Assembly: GCA_963702845.1 (NCBI GenBank)
Contig: OY969763.1
Span: 3,584,001 to 3,648,000 of the forward strand
DNA: 64,000 nucleotides
From: an uncultured Verrucomicrobiae bacterium
Lineage (GTDB): Bacteria > Verrucomicrobiota > Verrucomicrobiia > Limisphaerales > Palsa-1400
Reading direction: 5' to 3'
Positions 40,206-50,432 of this stretch are shown here, piece after piece. The notes beneath the pieces are model-generated. The model saw only the letters and a list, made by a program, of their open reading frames with translations. It ran no database searches and was not told where the DNA came from. The first letter of the stretch is position 1. Each line of letters begins with the position of its first letter. Made by a program: the position numbers and the translations under genes.

Positions 40206-41491
40206 TCGAGCCGCTTACACCAAATACGCAAGCCATCCTGTTACTGACCGCCCCGCTGATCGCCGGACGCAGTGATTCATCGCGCGATCTGCTTACCTTG
40301 GGCGAATACAACCGGCTCGCCCGCATTCTGCGGGAGAAGCAGAAGCAGCCCGCCGATTTGATCGGACCAGACGCAGAGGAGTTAATCGGGCTTTGTGCGC
40401 AGCCTTTTGGCAGGGCGCGATTGGACGCGCTGCTCGGGCGAGGGTTTTTGCTCAGTCAGGCAGTGGAGCGGTGGAACACACGGGCGATTTGGGTAATCAG
40501 CCGGGCGGATTCACGTTATCCCAAGCGTCTGAAAGCACGGCTCAAGGAAGACGCTCCGCCGCTGCTTTATGGCTGCGGCGAAATTGCTTTGCTGGAAAAA
40601 GGCGGTTTGGCGGTCGTCGGTTCGCGACATGTGGATGACGAACTCATCAGTTTCACAGAGGATGTGGGGCGGCTTGCGGCAAAGGCGCACCGAACCATCA
40701 TCTCCGGCGGAGCGAAAGGAATTGATCGGGCAGCAATGCATGGCGCTGTACTCGCGGACGGCGATGTCGCAGGCGTAATGGCGGACAGTTTGGAACGGGC
40801 AGCGTTGGCGCGAGATAATCGGGAGCCTTTGATGGAGGGCCGACTGATTCTAATTTCTCCTTATGATCCGGCAGCGGGATTTAATGTGGGGCACGCGATG
40901 CAGCGCAATAAGGTCATCTACGCACTTGCCGATGCGGCTTTAGTGGTGACTTCAGATTTTGAAAAGGGAGGCACTTGGACGGGGGCGATAGAGCAGCTTG
41001 AACGTTTTCATTTTGTTCCGGTATTTGTGCGGAATGGAAGCAATGCTGGGCGTGGAAACTCGGCGCTCATCCAGCATGGTGGGTCGCCATGGCCGAATCC
41101 GAAGGATGCAGAAGAACTAGGTCAGATGCTTTCGGCAGCACTGGAATCGGTGGCTGCGGAACCGAAACAGGAAGCGCTTTCATTCGCGCTCAAGGAGCAA
41201 CCAATTGTTTACAGGGCCTCGGCCAAGGCAGTCGAGCCTGCCACCATCGATGATGCGCCCAAAGTAAGTTCGTCCCCAGCCGAAGAACTTTTCAAAACCG
41301 TGCGAGAGATACTGAGACGGGAACTTGTGGTTGGCCAAACTGAAGCGGAGATCGTGAGTTTGTTAGATGTCACCAAGTCCCAAGCAAAGGAGTGGCTGAC
41401 CAAACTGATGAAAGAAGGAACGATCGAGAAAGTCAAAAAAACCAAGCCAGTTCAATATCGGGCATCAACGGTCTCTGACCGGCTGCTTTAA
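40202..41491 (+). CDS. dprA: DprA/SMF (SLOG) family protein with C-terminal wHTH
   Basis: YPKRL..PPLLY, AVVGSR, ISGGAKGID, MQRNKVIYALAD, GGTW; ATGA overlap with the helicase stop. Confidence 0.88.
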   Translation: MIEPLTPNTQAILLLTAPLIAGRSDSSRDLLTLGEYNRLARILREKQKQPADLIGPDAEELIGLCAQPFGRARLDALLGRGFLLSQAVERWNTRAIWVISRADSRYPKRLKARLKEDAPPLLYGCGEIALLEKGGLAVVGSRHVDDELISFTEDVGRLAAKAHRTIISGGAKGIDRAAMHGAVLADGDVAGVMADSLERAALARDNREPLMEGRLILISPYDPAAGFNVGHAMQRNKVIYALADAALVVTSDFEKGGTWTGAIEQLERFHFVPVFVRNGSNAGRGNSALIQHGGSPWPNPKDAEELGQMLSAALESVAAEPKQEALSFALKEQPIVYRASAKAVEPATIDDAPKVSSSPAEELFKTVREILRRELVVGQTEAEIVSLLDVTKSQAKEWLTKLMKEGTIEKVKKTKPVQYRASTVSDRLL

Positions 41492-41590
41492 TGAGCTGGG
41501 AACATTTGCCGATTGAAATTGACTACAAGAACACCGCAGGTCGGCCCAAAACAAGCCCGACTCCTCTGCGCTGAGTAGGCTGGTTAAAAT

Positions 41591-41734
41591 AAAAACCCAC
41601 GGATTACGAAAAAACGCAATCCGTGGTTTGGAAATGAACCTGCGGCGCGCGGCGGAACGCCGCCCGAACTCGCAGGCGGGACGCCTGCGCTACCCACAAA
41701 AAAACCACGGAGCGCTAAATGCGATCCGTGGTTT
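41591..41734 (-). terminator. Two similar terminator hairpins downstream of tsf, flanking a REP
   Basis: ccacggatt/aatccgtgg (41597-41626) and aaaccacgga/tccgtggttt (41702-41734), each preceded by an A-run on +. Confidence 0.75.
41672..41693 (-). repeat. GTAG-type REP
   Basis: Minus strand GTAGC-GCAGGCG-TCC-CGCCTGC. Confidence 0.7.
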
Positions 41735-41778
41735 GGAATTGTTTATCGGAACCGCTTGCTGACGCGCGCAGCTCTGTT

Positions 41779-42621
41779 TTAAGCGGTTTTTTCGCCGACT
41801 TGGAAGCGGACGAAGCGGCGGATAACGATTTCGTCACCTAATTGCTTCGCGATGCTGCCTAGGTGCTCTTTGACGGAGACTTCGGAGTTGCGCTTGACGA
41901 AGCCTTGGTCAACTAAGCAATGGGTCTGGTAGAACTTTTCCAGTTTGCCTTCGACGATTTTGGCGATGGCTTGCGGTGGTTTGCCTTTGACTTGTTCGGC
42001 GGCGATTTCCTTTTCCTTGGTCAGGACGTCGGGATTAATCTCGTCGCGGTGAACGGCGTGCGGGCTGCCAGCAGCAATCTGCAAGGTGATGTCGCGAACG
42101 AGTTGTTTGAAGTCGTCGGTGGCGACGGTCGAGTCTTTGCCAGCGCCGACTTCCACCAATACACCAACTTTCGCACCGGTGTGGATGTAGGCGGCAACCA
42201 TTCCGCTGCCGTTGATTTCAAAACGGACGAAGCGCGGGATCTGGATGTTTTCACCTGTCTTGGCGACAGCGGCGACGCGGTCGGGTTCGAGCGACGCGAT
42301 GGTCGCGCCGGTGGCGAATTTTTTGGCGACGTCATCGCAGAAGGCTTTGAAGCTTTCGTTGCGGGCGACGAAGTCGGTTTCGCAGTTGATTTCGGCCAGG
42401 ACACCGACTTTGGAGCCGGGCTGGATGTATTGCGCGATCAAGCCGTCTTTGGCATCGCGATCGGCCTTTTTGGCGGCAGTAGCGACGCCTTTTTTGCGCA
42501 GGAGATCGACAGCGGCTTCGACGTTGCCGCCGGTCTCGACTAAAGCTTTTTTGCACTCCATCAGGCCTGCGCCTGTGAGTTCGCGCAGTTTGCCCACGCT
42601 TGCAGCAGTAATTTCGCTCAT
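41779..42621 (-). CDS. tsf: Elongation factor Ts
   Basis: LRELTGAGLMECKKAL, EINCETDFVARN, IVEGKLEKF. Confidence 0.97.
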   Translation of the reverse strand: MSEITAASVGKLRELTGAGLMECKKALVETGGNVEAAVDLLRKKGVATAAKKADRDAKDGLIAQYIQPGSKVGVLAEINCETDFVARNESFKAFCDDVAKKFATGATIASLEPDRVAAVAKTGENIQIPRFVRFEINGSGMVAAYIHTGAKVGVLVEVGAGKDSTVATDDFKQLVRDITLQIAAGSPHAVHRDEINPDVLTKEKEIAAEQVKGKPPQAIAKIVEGKLEKFYQTHCLVDQGFVKRNSEVSVKEHLGSIAKQLGDEIVIRRFVRFQVGEKTA

Positions 42622-42705
42622 TTTATAAAATGGTTGAGGGTTGAGGGTTGATGGGCGGAAAAGCTAATGCTTCTCCGCCCACCGATATTCTCTCGCCCGT
42701 TATTG

Positions 42706-43500
42706 TTAGGCGGTGGCCGGAGCGGGTTCCGCAGCGGGTGCGGGTGCAGCAGCCGGCGCAGGTGCCGAGGCCTGCTCTTCAGCAGCGTCGCGACGGCGAA
42801 CGTGTTTGGCCACGTATTCGGCGCGAGCCTGGGTGATCGTTTGCACGACGGTTTGCAGGATCAAACGCACGGAACGAATGGCGTCGTCGTTGGCGGCGAT
42901 AGGATATTCGACGAGGTCAGGATCGCAGTTGGTATCAACAATGGCGATGATCGGGATCTTCAAGCGACGCGCTTCAGCGATGGCGTTGTGTTCGCGCTTG
43001 ATGTCGACGACGAACATGGCTTGCGGAAATTTTTCGAGCATACCGCGAACGCCGTCGAGGTTCTTGAACAAACGGGCGGCTTCACGGCGATACATGGATT
43101 GCTCCTGTTTGCCGTATTGATTGATGCTGCCGTCGGTTTCCCATTTTTCAATGGTCTTGAGACGCTTGATGGAGCGTTCGACGGTTTTGAAATTCGTTAA
43201 GGTGCCGCCGAGCCAACGTTCGGTGACATAGTATTGACCGCAGGTCTTGGCCGATTCTTTGACGGCTTCCTGGGCTTGCTTCTTGGTGCCGACAAACAAA
43301 ATTTGTCCGCCACCGGAAACGATCTTGCGCATGAATTCGCAAGCTGCGTCGAGTTGGGCGAGGCTCTTGCTGAGGTCGATGATGTGGATGCCGTTGCGGG
43401 CGTCGAAGATGAATTTCTTCATCTTGGGGTTCCAACGTTTGGTCTGGTGACCGAAATGAACGCCTGCGTCCAACAATTCTTTAATACCAATGCTGATCAT
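42706..43500 (-). CDS. rpsB: 30S ribosomal protein S2
   Basis: [47 protein letters not shown]. Confidence 0.97.
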   Translation of the reverse strand: MISIGIKELLDAGVHFGHQTKRWNPKMKKFIFDARNGIHIIDLSKSLAQLDAACEFMRKIVSGGGQILFVGTKKQAQEAVKESAKTCGQYYVTERWLGGTLTNFKTVERSIKRLKTIEKWETDGSINQYGKQEQSMYRREAARLFKNLDGVRGMLEKFPQAMFVVDIKREHNAIAEARRLKIPIIAIVDTNCDPDLVEYPIAANDDAIRSVRLILQTVVQTITQARAEYVAKHVRRRDAAEEQASAPAPAAAPAPAAEPAPATA

Positions 43501-43723
43501 AATTTTCCTTTGTTAAAGACTCACTCGAAATTATATCGAGTCAGCCATCCCGCGGAACACGGGATTGATTTAGGTGTTGTTATGGCCGCCACCCTCACGC
43601 GAGGATGACCGGAAGCTCCGGCTGCCGTTTAGACCATTTTCCTTATGGCACCGAACTTCGGTTCCAAAAGGGCCGGTAAACGTAACAGACGGAGCGCATT
43701 GCGCCAATTGTTTTTTGCAAATT

Positions 43724-44251
43724 GTGAAACAGGTGTTTGAAGTATGGATTTTAGCGGGAGGCCTGAGCTCGCGGATGGGGCGTGATAAATCGGGTATCCA
43801 CCTGCACGGCAAGCGTTTACTGGCGCGCATAAAACAGGAAGCTGCCAAAACGGGCTGGGCGGTGCGGGTTTTGCGAAAGGATGCGGTGGAACGGTGCGGC
43901 CCTCTGGGAGGCGTGTATACGGCACTGAAAAGGTCGCGGGCGGATGCTGTTTTGTTGCTCGCGTGCGATATGCCGTTTCTGTCGGTCACGCTTCTGAAGC
44001 GCCTGGCCAACGCGTTGAAATCGAATACGACGGCGGTTTTTACGAAGCAAGGTAAGTATGCTGGATTTCCTTTCGCACTGCGGACGAGCACGGTGACGCA
44101 AGTTGAGGAGCAAATTGCATCCGGCGATTTTTCGCTTCAAACTCTCGCGCGCTCCATGCGTGCGAAATTGATCCGTGCCAAACAATCTGAGTTGTTCGAC
44201 ATCGATACGCCGAGCGACCTCGCAGCAGCGCACGAACGGTTGAAGAAATAA
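43724..44251 (+). CDS. mobA: Molybdenum cofactor guanylyltransferase
   Basis: ILAGGLSSRMGRDK, GPLGG, LACDMPF, DIDTPSDL. Confidence 0.82.
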   Translation: MKQVFEVWILAGGLSSRMGRDKSGIHLHGKRLLARIKQEAAKTGWAVRVLRKDAVERCGPLGGVYTALKRSRADAVLLLACDMPFLSVTLLKRLANALKSNTTAVFTKQGKYAGFPFALRTSTVTQVEEQIASGDFSLQTLARSMRAKLIRAKQSELFDIDTPSDLAAAHERLKK

Positions 44252-44253
44252 AT

Positions 44254-45144
44254 ATGCAAATCGTCCAGGTCGCACGAAACGCCATGGCTACGAGGTTCGA
44301 GATCGTCCTTCATGGCACGAACGCGACGGCGTTGCGCGCGGCGGGCGAAGAGGCGTTGGACGAAATCACGCGGCTCGAAGGGCAGTTGAGTCTCTACAGA
44401 GCGAGCAGTGAAATTGCGCGAGTGAATGCTCGTGCGGCCTACGAACCGGTCCGAGTCACACCCGCTGTTTTCAAGCTTCTGCAACATGCGCGCGATTTGA
44501 GTGAGCAGTGCGGCGGCGCTTTCGACATCACGATCGCGCCGCTCGTGCGATGCTGGGGTTTCATGGGCGGCACCGGCCAGCCTGCCGACCCAAAACAACT
44601 CGCCGAAGCTCGCCAATGCATCGGCATGGCCCACGTTCATTTCGACGACGCAAACCACACGATTCGATTCGCCAAACTTGGAATGATGATCGACCTCGGA
44701 GCGATCGGTAAAGGCTACGCTATCGACCGTGCTGTGGAATTCCTTCGCGAGGCCGGTATTGAAAGCGCGCTGATCCACGGCGGCACGAGCACCGTTTACG
44801 GCATCGGCAAGCCGATGGATAGCGAGGCATGGAAAGTCGCGGTCGCGGACGCCTTCGGAACGCCCGCAGCCACTTCGGCGAATCTGCCGACGATGACTCT
44901 TCGCGATGAGGCCCTGTCCGTCTCCGCGATCTGGGGCCGCTCGTTCGAGAAGGATGGCAAAACGCTCGGCCACGTAATTGATCCACGAACGGGCGAGCCT
45001 TGCCAAGGTGCTGCATTGGCTGCGGTTATCAGTAAATCAGCGACGGATTCAGACGCCCTCTCCACTGCCCTGCTCGTCCTCGGACGGGACGGTGAAAGCC
45101 GGCTGAAACAGGCATTTCCTGCTATACGCACTTTTCTCCTCTAG
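44254..45144 (+). CDS. apbE: FAD:protein FMN transferase (ApbE family), no signal peptide
   Basis: AMATRF, GAFDITIAPL, DLGAIGKGYAID, HVIDPRTG, DALSTA. Confidence 0.9.
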   Translation: MQIVQVARNAMATRFEIVLHGTNATALRAAGEEALDEITRLEGQLSLYRASSEIARVNARAAYEPVRVTPAVFKLLQHARDLSEQCGGAFDITIAPLVRCWGFMGGTGQPADPKQLAEARQCIGMAHVHFDDANHTIRFAKLGMMIDLGAIGKGYAIDRAVEFLREAGIESALIHGGTSTVYGIGKPMDSEAWKVAVADAFGTPAATSANLPTMTLRDEALSVSAIWGRSFEKDGKTLGHVIDPRTGEPCQGAALAAVISKSATDSDALSTALLVLGRDGESRLKQAFPAIRTFLL

Positions 45145-45195
45145 GAGACGTTATCCGAATTCAATCTGCGGCTAAAACGAGCTTTTCAGCGCGAA

Positions 45196-46137
45196 GTGAT
45201 TGAAAATCGTCCGCAAAACCGCTATCGTGGTTGCGTGCTAGATGACCGATCTTACATGCGCACGGATGCCCGCTTTCGCTGGTCGGTCACGACTGTGCTG
45301 TTGATTACGCTGGTCGTCTGCTACATCGCGCAGCTTATTCTACAGCGCGCTTTCCCGACGATTCAGTATCTCGATGGCAGTCGTGGCGGTTTCTTCGCGA
45401 ATTTCGCACTGAGCGTCGACGGTTTGAAACATGGGAGAATTTGGGAACTAATCACGTTCCAATTCATGCATGCAAGCGTCATGCACCTGTTGATGAACGC
45501 GCTCGGCGTTTTCTTTTTTGGACGTGCGATCGAAGAAGCGATCGGCGGTCGGGAATTGCTCAGGCTTTATTTGCTCAGCGGAACATTCGGTGGACTGCTC
45601 CAGGTTGGCTTGGAACAAATGTTTCACGGATATTTCCCGGAGAGCGTCGTCGGCGCCTCGGCCGGTGTGTTCGGTTTGATTGCTGCATTCGCCACGCGCG
45701 CTCCGGACATGCCGATCACGTTGCTATTGTTTTTCTTTCTGCCGGTGACCTTCCCGGCGAAAGTTTTGCTGATGATCGAAGCATTGATCGCGATTTTTGG
45801 CCTGCTTCCCATTGGATTCATGCCGGGAGTCGCTCACGGCGCGCACCTTGGTGGAATGCTGACTGGCATTGGTTTCATCAAATGGATGAATCGCCCGCGG
45901 CGATCTGTCGTGGTGTGGAAGCCCGAGCGTCGCAAACCGCAACTTGTCAGCAACGCGCCGAAACGCGCAGCGTGGCGCAAGCCGCGCAAGAAAGCCGAAG
46001 AAGTTCCAACCGGCGAATTCATCAGCCGCGAAGTCGATCCTATTTTGGAAAAAATCTCTGCCCACGGCATCCACAGCCTGACCGATCAGGAGCGCAAAAT
46101 CCTCGAAGCCGCTCGCGATAAAATGGCCAAGCGGTAA
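45196..46137 (+). CDS. Rhomboid intramembrane serine protease with C-terminal DUF6576-like tail
   Basis: FMHASVMHLLMN, GASAG (catalytic Ser), AHGAHLGG, VDPILEKISAHGIHSLT. Confidence 0.9.
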   Translation: MIENRPQNRYRGCVLDDRSYMRTDARFRWSVTTVLLITLVVCYIAQLILQRAFPTIQYLDGSRGGFFANFALSVDGLKHGRIWELITFQFMHASVMHLLMNALGVFFFGRAIEEAIGGRELLRLYLLSGTFGGLLQVGLEQMFHGYFPESVVGASAGVFGLIAAFATRAPDMPITLLLFFFLPVTFPAKVLLMIEALIAIFGLLPIGFMPGVAHGAHLGGMLTGIGFIKWMNRPRRSVVVWKPERRKPQLVSNAPKRAAWRKPRKKAEEVPTGEFISREVDPILEKISAHGIHSLTDQERKILEAARDKMAKR

Positions 46138-46207
46138 GTGCGTTGGATCAACGCGCCAACATTTTGGACTGCGCCATTTGTTCGTTTTGTTTCGAAGAGC
46201 AAGTCAC

Positions 46208-46239
46208 AAAAAAACCGCGATGCATTGGCTGCATCGCGG
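46208..46239 (-). terminator. Rho-independent terminator
   Basis: ccgcgatgca/tgcatcgcgg stem with an A7 run on + (U-tract on -). Confidence 0.8.
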
Positions 46240-46263
46240 AATACAAAAAGTTAATTGTAGGCG

Positions 46264-46581
46264 TTAAGGGCTAGACATCATACTCAACTGCGCCTGCGCT
46301 ACGCGGGATAAATTCGTAAAGAGCATGGAAATCAAATAGCCAGCATGGCGGTTGCCATTGCACGCCACGATCACTCCGGTGCATTCGAGTTTGCGCTCGC
46401 CGCCCGGAACTTCGAGCATGAGGTTCATCTCCGTCCAGGTTTCAATTGGCTCGTAGCTGCGGAACTCGATTCCGTTTTTACGCACTTTGACAGAGTGGGC
46501 TGGCAGCGTCAGACAAAGTTGGTTGCTTTGACGAACTGCAGCGCCAGGAAATGTTGTTTCCAGAGATTTTCTTGCGCTCAT
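46264..46581 (-). CDS. Small hypothetical protein, PilZ-like barrel
   Basis: NGIEFRS...LECTGVIVAC...YLISMLFTNL pattern; upstream TTGACC..TACACT promoter-like sequence. Confidence 0.55.
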   Translation of the reverse strand: MSARKSLETTFPGAAVRQSNQLCLTLPAHSVKVRKNGIEFRSYEPIETWTEMNLMLEVPGGERKLECTGVIVACNGNRHAGYLISMLFTNLSRVAQAQLSMMSSP

Positions 46582-46898
46582 AGTGATTACCTCAGTGTAG
46601 CACCGATTGAGCACGGGTCAAATGTCCGAGGGCCGTTAATGGCATTTTCTCTGGACACTTTTTGCCGTGGCTTCCCCAGTAAATGTAACATGAAACTGTG
46701 CCTCGACGTGGTAGGTTAGGACTGAGGAGACATCTCGAGGGAAATGGCAAACAGGCACGTTCGGCTGAAGCAACTGCACGAGCAAAGGCAGATGTTTGGA
46801 TCGGCGCTAATGCGCAAGAGTAGTTGTTCGTTTGGATTTACACAGCCGTTCTCCGGCTACGTTCGGTGCATATTCGTATGCATTCGAATCCTCACTGA

Positions 46899-48305
46899 TT
46901 ATTGATCTGACGCGTTGGCGTTTTGGGAAGCATTCGGATTGATGGCGGCGGCTTGTTTGGCTTTCCGTGCTTGTTTTCTGGCTTTTTTGGCTTGCGCGGC
47001 TGGACCGTTCTTTTCAGCCGGGGCCTGGATGCCTCCGGCGGGATTGAGTTCGTCCAAGACGCCTTGAAGGTGTTTGCGCTCGGCGGTAGCCGCTTGGTCT
47101 TGACTGTCTGAGGACACGAGAATCTCTTTGAACGGAGCCCCGCGCATGTCGAAGAGTTCGCTGGATTCGTTCAGTTTCCAGTCGCGGTCACGGTCGAACC
47201 ATTTGCGGCCGAGTTGGACGTAGATCCAGTCGCGCGGCCAAGTGGAAGATTGGCCGAGGAGTTGCGGGGCGAAGGTTCGGCCGTCGATGATGCGTTTCGG
47301 CGGCAGTGTTGCGCCGGCGATTTCGGCGATGGTGGGATAGAAATCGGTGATGTTGATGAGGGCTTCAGTGACTTTGCCAGCGGGGACTTTTCCGGGCCAA
47401 TTGGCGAGGCTAGGAACGAGTGCGCCGCATTCGAGCATGGTGGCTTTGTGGCCGCTGAGGTCTTTGCCGTGGACGGTGCAGCGCGTGTACCACGGCGCAG
47501 CTGTGCCGTTGTCGCCAGCGAAAAGGATGAGGGTGTTGTCGCGCAATTTCAGACGGTCGAGTTCGGTTACAAGTTTACCGATGAGTTTGTCCATGTAAGT
47601 GACGTTATCTTTGTATATTTGAAAAAGGTCTTTGGTGCCGGGCGCGGTGTCGGGTGTGCGCAGGATTTGGCCGTGAACGTGGGACATCGGATAGTAGAGA
47701 TAGAAAGGCTGGTCCTTGTGGCGGTTGATGAAGTCGACGACGAATTTGTGCATGACGTCGGGCAGGTATTCGCCGTCGTGCAACGGAACTTCTTTGCCGT
47801 TGAGTGTGTAGAACTTGGCCTGGGGTTGGGTGTTCCAGTATTTGCCGCTGCCGACGAAGCGCAGGTATTCATCAAACCCCCAATCGCCGGGTTGCAGCGG
47901 CAGTTGAGCCCATTTGCCGCACTGGGCGGTGACGTAGCCCGCTTGTTTGAGGATGACGGGCATCATGGTTTCGTTGGCGGGTTTGAGGAGGTTTCCGGTG
48001 TCGTTGCGGGTCATACCGGTGTGAAAAGCGTATCGGCCGGTCATGAGCAACGCGCGAGACGGACCACATAGCGGCGCGGCATAGCAATGGTCAAAGCGCA
48101 AGCCGTCTTTCGCAAGGGCGTCGAGGTTCGGCGTCTTGAAGTTGTCGGCGCCGTAGCAACTGACGTTGCCGATGCCAAGGTCGTCGGCGAGGATAAAGAT
48201 GATGTTTGGTTTGGCCGGTGCGCCGTGGGATAGACAAGCGAACAAAACGAGGAAACAAGCAGTGAGGATTGGTTTGGTTTTCACAATATTATGCAACGAT
48301 GCCAT
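46899..48305 (-). CDS. Sulfatase (formylglycine-dependent, arylsulfatase-like)
   Basis: PNIIFILADDLG, LCGPSRALLMTGRY (CxPxR), GKW, GDNG; signal peptide. Confidence 0.93.
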   Translation of the reverse strand: MASLHNIVKTKPILTACFLVLFACLSHGAPAKPNIIFILADDLGIGNVSCYGADNFKTPNLDALAKDGLRFDHCYAAPLCGPSRALLMTGRYAFHTGMTRNDTGNLLKPANETMMPVILKQAGYVTAQCGKWAQLPLQPGDWGFDEYLRFVGSGKYWNTQPQAKFYTLNGKEVPLHDGEYLPDVMHKFVVDFINRHKDQPFYLYYPMSHVHGQILRTPDTAPGTKDLFQIYKDNVTYMDKLIGKLVTELDRLKLRDNTLILFAGDNGTAAPWYTRCTVHGKDLSGHKATMLECGALVPSLANWPGKVPAGKVTEALINITDFYPTIAEIAGATLPPKRIIDGRTFAPQLLGQSSTWPRDWIYVQLGRKWFDRDRDWKLNESSELFDMRGAPFKEILVSSDSQDQAATAERKHLQGVLDELNPAGGIQAPAEKNGPAAQAKKARKQARKAKQAAAINPNASQNANASDQ

Positions 48306-48456
48306 GGGGTCGGGTAAACAGACGCGGGCGGGAAGGGTTGGTTACAAGACTTACGTCGCTCACAACTATTCAACCGCTGTGTATGGAGGCCATCCACTCC
48401 AAAAACTCGCCCGAATTGTAATTGGAAATTCTCCGCCCGAAGCCTAAAGTTGCCTC

Positions 48457-49050
48457 ATGGATACCCAAATCCTGCTGAGCATTTGTGTCGGGATCGGTTT
48501 GAGCGCAGCGTGCGGTTTCCGCGTGTTCGTTCCCCTGCTCGCTGTCAGCATCGGCGCGCTGACCGGGCACCTTCACCTCGCACAGAATTTTGCGTGGATT
48601 GGCAGTAAACCCGCGCTCATCGCTTTCGCCGTCGCGACCGTTTTCGAAATCGGTGCATATTACATTCCATTTCTCGACAACGTTCTCGACACAATCGCCG
48701 GTCCAACAGCTGCAATCGCCGGCATCCTGGTAACCGCCTCGGTAATGGCCGACGTGGATCCGATGTGGCGCTGGACTCTGGCCGTTATCGCTGGCGGCGG
48801 CATCGCAGGCTCAACCCAGCTCGCCACCACGAAACTGCGCCTCGCCTCCAGCGCAACCACAGGCGGATTTGGCAATCACGTCCTGTCCACGATCGAAGCG
48901 GTATTTTCGTCCGGCCTTTCTTTTCTGGCGATTGCTCTGCCCGTAGTTGCCGTTCTTTTCGTCATCATTATTCTGATCGCTTGCTGGCTGTTGATTTACG
49001 CCATCGGCAAACGCCTCTTCCGCTGGCTTCGACCAAAGCCAGCGGCTTAG
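48457..49050 (+). CDS. DUF4126 membrane protein
   Basis: GIGLSAACGFRVFVPLL, EIGAYYIPFLDNVLD, TTGGFGN. Confidence 0.85.
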   Translation: MDTQILLSICVGIGLSAACGFRVFVPLLAVSIGALTGHLHLAQNFAWIGSKPALIAFAVATVFEIGAYYIPFLDNVLDTIAGPTAAIAGILVTASVMADVDPMWRWTLAVIAGGGIAGSTQLATTKLRLASSATTGGFGNHVLSTIEAVFSSGLSFLAIALPVVAVLFVIIILIACWLLIYAIGKRLFRWLRPKPAA

Positions 49051-49054
49051 GGTC

Positions 49055-50425
49055 ATGGAAGCGCTACTGCTCATTGTTATTGTTGGCGCGTTCATCGCAA
49101 TCGTTGTCGACCTGCTCGAGCAACTGCCCACAATCGAAAGCCACAAAATCCGAAAGTGGCTCATCGCATGGTTTATCAAAGGCGTCATCGTCCCAATCGT
49201 GGTCTGGATGCTTTTCAACATGGGCGTGTTCCAAAACCTGCCCGATTTTGTTTCGTCCCGAATGCTCCAAAAAATGGGTGGTGTGAATCGCGATGCCACG
49301 CTCCTGCTCATATTCGTCGGCGTCATCGTGATTACCACGTATTGGACAGCGCTCACGTCTGGTTGGCTCCTTGCCATGTTAACTTCTTACGATCTCGACG
49401 GGCGCGAGGTCTTTAAACGTATTCGTTGGCTCGCGGTTCTGTTAAGTCCGCTCGCGCTGTTGATTGTTGCGTCCTTCGGCTGGGGCGCACTTGGTGTCGC
49501 CGGGACCGTGTGGTTGCTGCCGGTCGTGAAAGCCGCTGGTTCCGTCACCGGCGAACCCAAGCGTCGGACCCGTCCTACTTATTCCAAAGCCGCTGTTCAC
49601 CTCCAGCGCGGCAAATACGAAGACGCAGAACAGGAGGTCCTCGCCGAACTGGAACGATGCCAGGATGATTTCGACGGCTGGATGCTTCTCGCCGATCTCT
49701 ACGCCAATCACTTCAACGACCTGCCCGCTGCGGCACGCATGATTAATGAAACCTGCGACCAGCCTACAACCACTATTTCTGAAATCGCCGTCGCATATCA
49801 CCGACTCGCCGATTGGTATGTGAAACAGGATAACAATTCCAATGCCGCGATCGAAGCTCTCGAGCAAATATGCCGTCGCTATCCCAACACCCACGTCGAG
49901 CGCATGGCGCGCTTGCGCATCCGCAACATCAGCGGCGAAGAAGAACAAAAACCCACCGCAAGCCGCACGATTCGGCTCCCATCGCTAGGCAAAGAAATAG
50001 AGCGCGAGAGTCCGAGCGAACAGAATGTTGAAGCCGCTGCCGCTCAAGCCCGTCGTTACTCTGAGATCCTGAAGAAAAACCCCAACGACCTCGCCGCCCG
50101 CGAAACATTTGCGCGCGTCCTTGCTGAACAGCTGGGCAAAGCCGATGTCGCGATCGAACAACTCGAATCTTTGCTCGACCTCGCCGCAACCGACGAAGCC
50201 GCTCAAGCCAGAATTCCAGAGTGGCTCTCGCTCATCAGCTCATGGCAATTAAAATATCGCAACGACGAACCCGCCGCTGTTGCAATAATGAAACGCCTCG
50301 TCCGCGATCATTCGAGTACCGCCCAAGCCTTCGCCGCGCAACGCCGGTTGCACATGATCGAAATGGAACACCGGATGCGCAGGCATCGCGATTCACGCGC
50401 ACTCACAGGATTATCCGAAACGTAA
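49055..50425 (+). CDS. Membrane protein with TPR-like C-terminal domain
   Basis: Several N-terminal TM segments, then helical TPR-like repeats. Confidence 0.65.
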   Translation: MEALLLIVIVGAFIAIVVDLLEQLPTIESHKIRKWLIAWFIKGVIVPIVVWMLFNMGVFQNLPDFVSSRMLQKMGGVNRDATLLLIFVGVIVITTYWTALTSGWLLAMLTSYDLDGREVFKRIRWLAVLLSPLALLIVASFGWGALGVAGTVWLLPVVKAAGSVTGEPKRRTRPTYSKAAVHLQRGKYEDAEQEVLAELERCQDDFDGWMLLADLYANHFNDLPAAARMINETCDQPTTTISEIAVAYHRLADWYVKQDNNSNAAIEALEQICRRYPNTHVERMARLRIRNISGEEEQKPTASRTIRLPSLGKEIERESPSEQNVEAAAAQARRYSEILKKNPNDLAARETFARVLAEQLGKADVAIEQLESLLDLAATDEAAQARIPEWLSLISSWQLKYRNDEPAAVAIMKRLVRDHSSTAQAFAAQRRLHMIEMEHRMRRHRDSRALTGLSET

Positions 50426-50432
50426 TCCCACT

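Noticed and set aside
35340..41780. Island as a prophage, ICE or IS
   Set aside because: No integrase, transposase, phage structural gene, tRNA target or long flanking direct repeat is visible.
43501..43640. rpsB autoregulatory leader RNA
   Set aside because: Hairpins are present and the position fits, but I cannot match a consensus by eye; it needs an Rfam/Infernal search.
46700..46890. Possible c-di-GMP riboswitch (ggcaaac...gcaaag) near the PilZ-like gene
   Set aside because: The GNRA/receptor stems do not form, and it is on the wrong strand for the adjacent gene.
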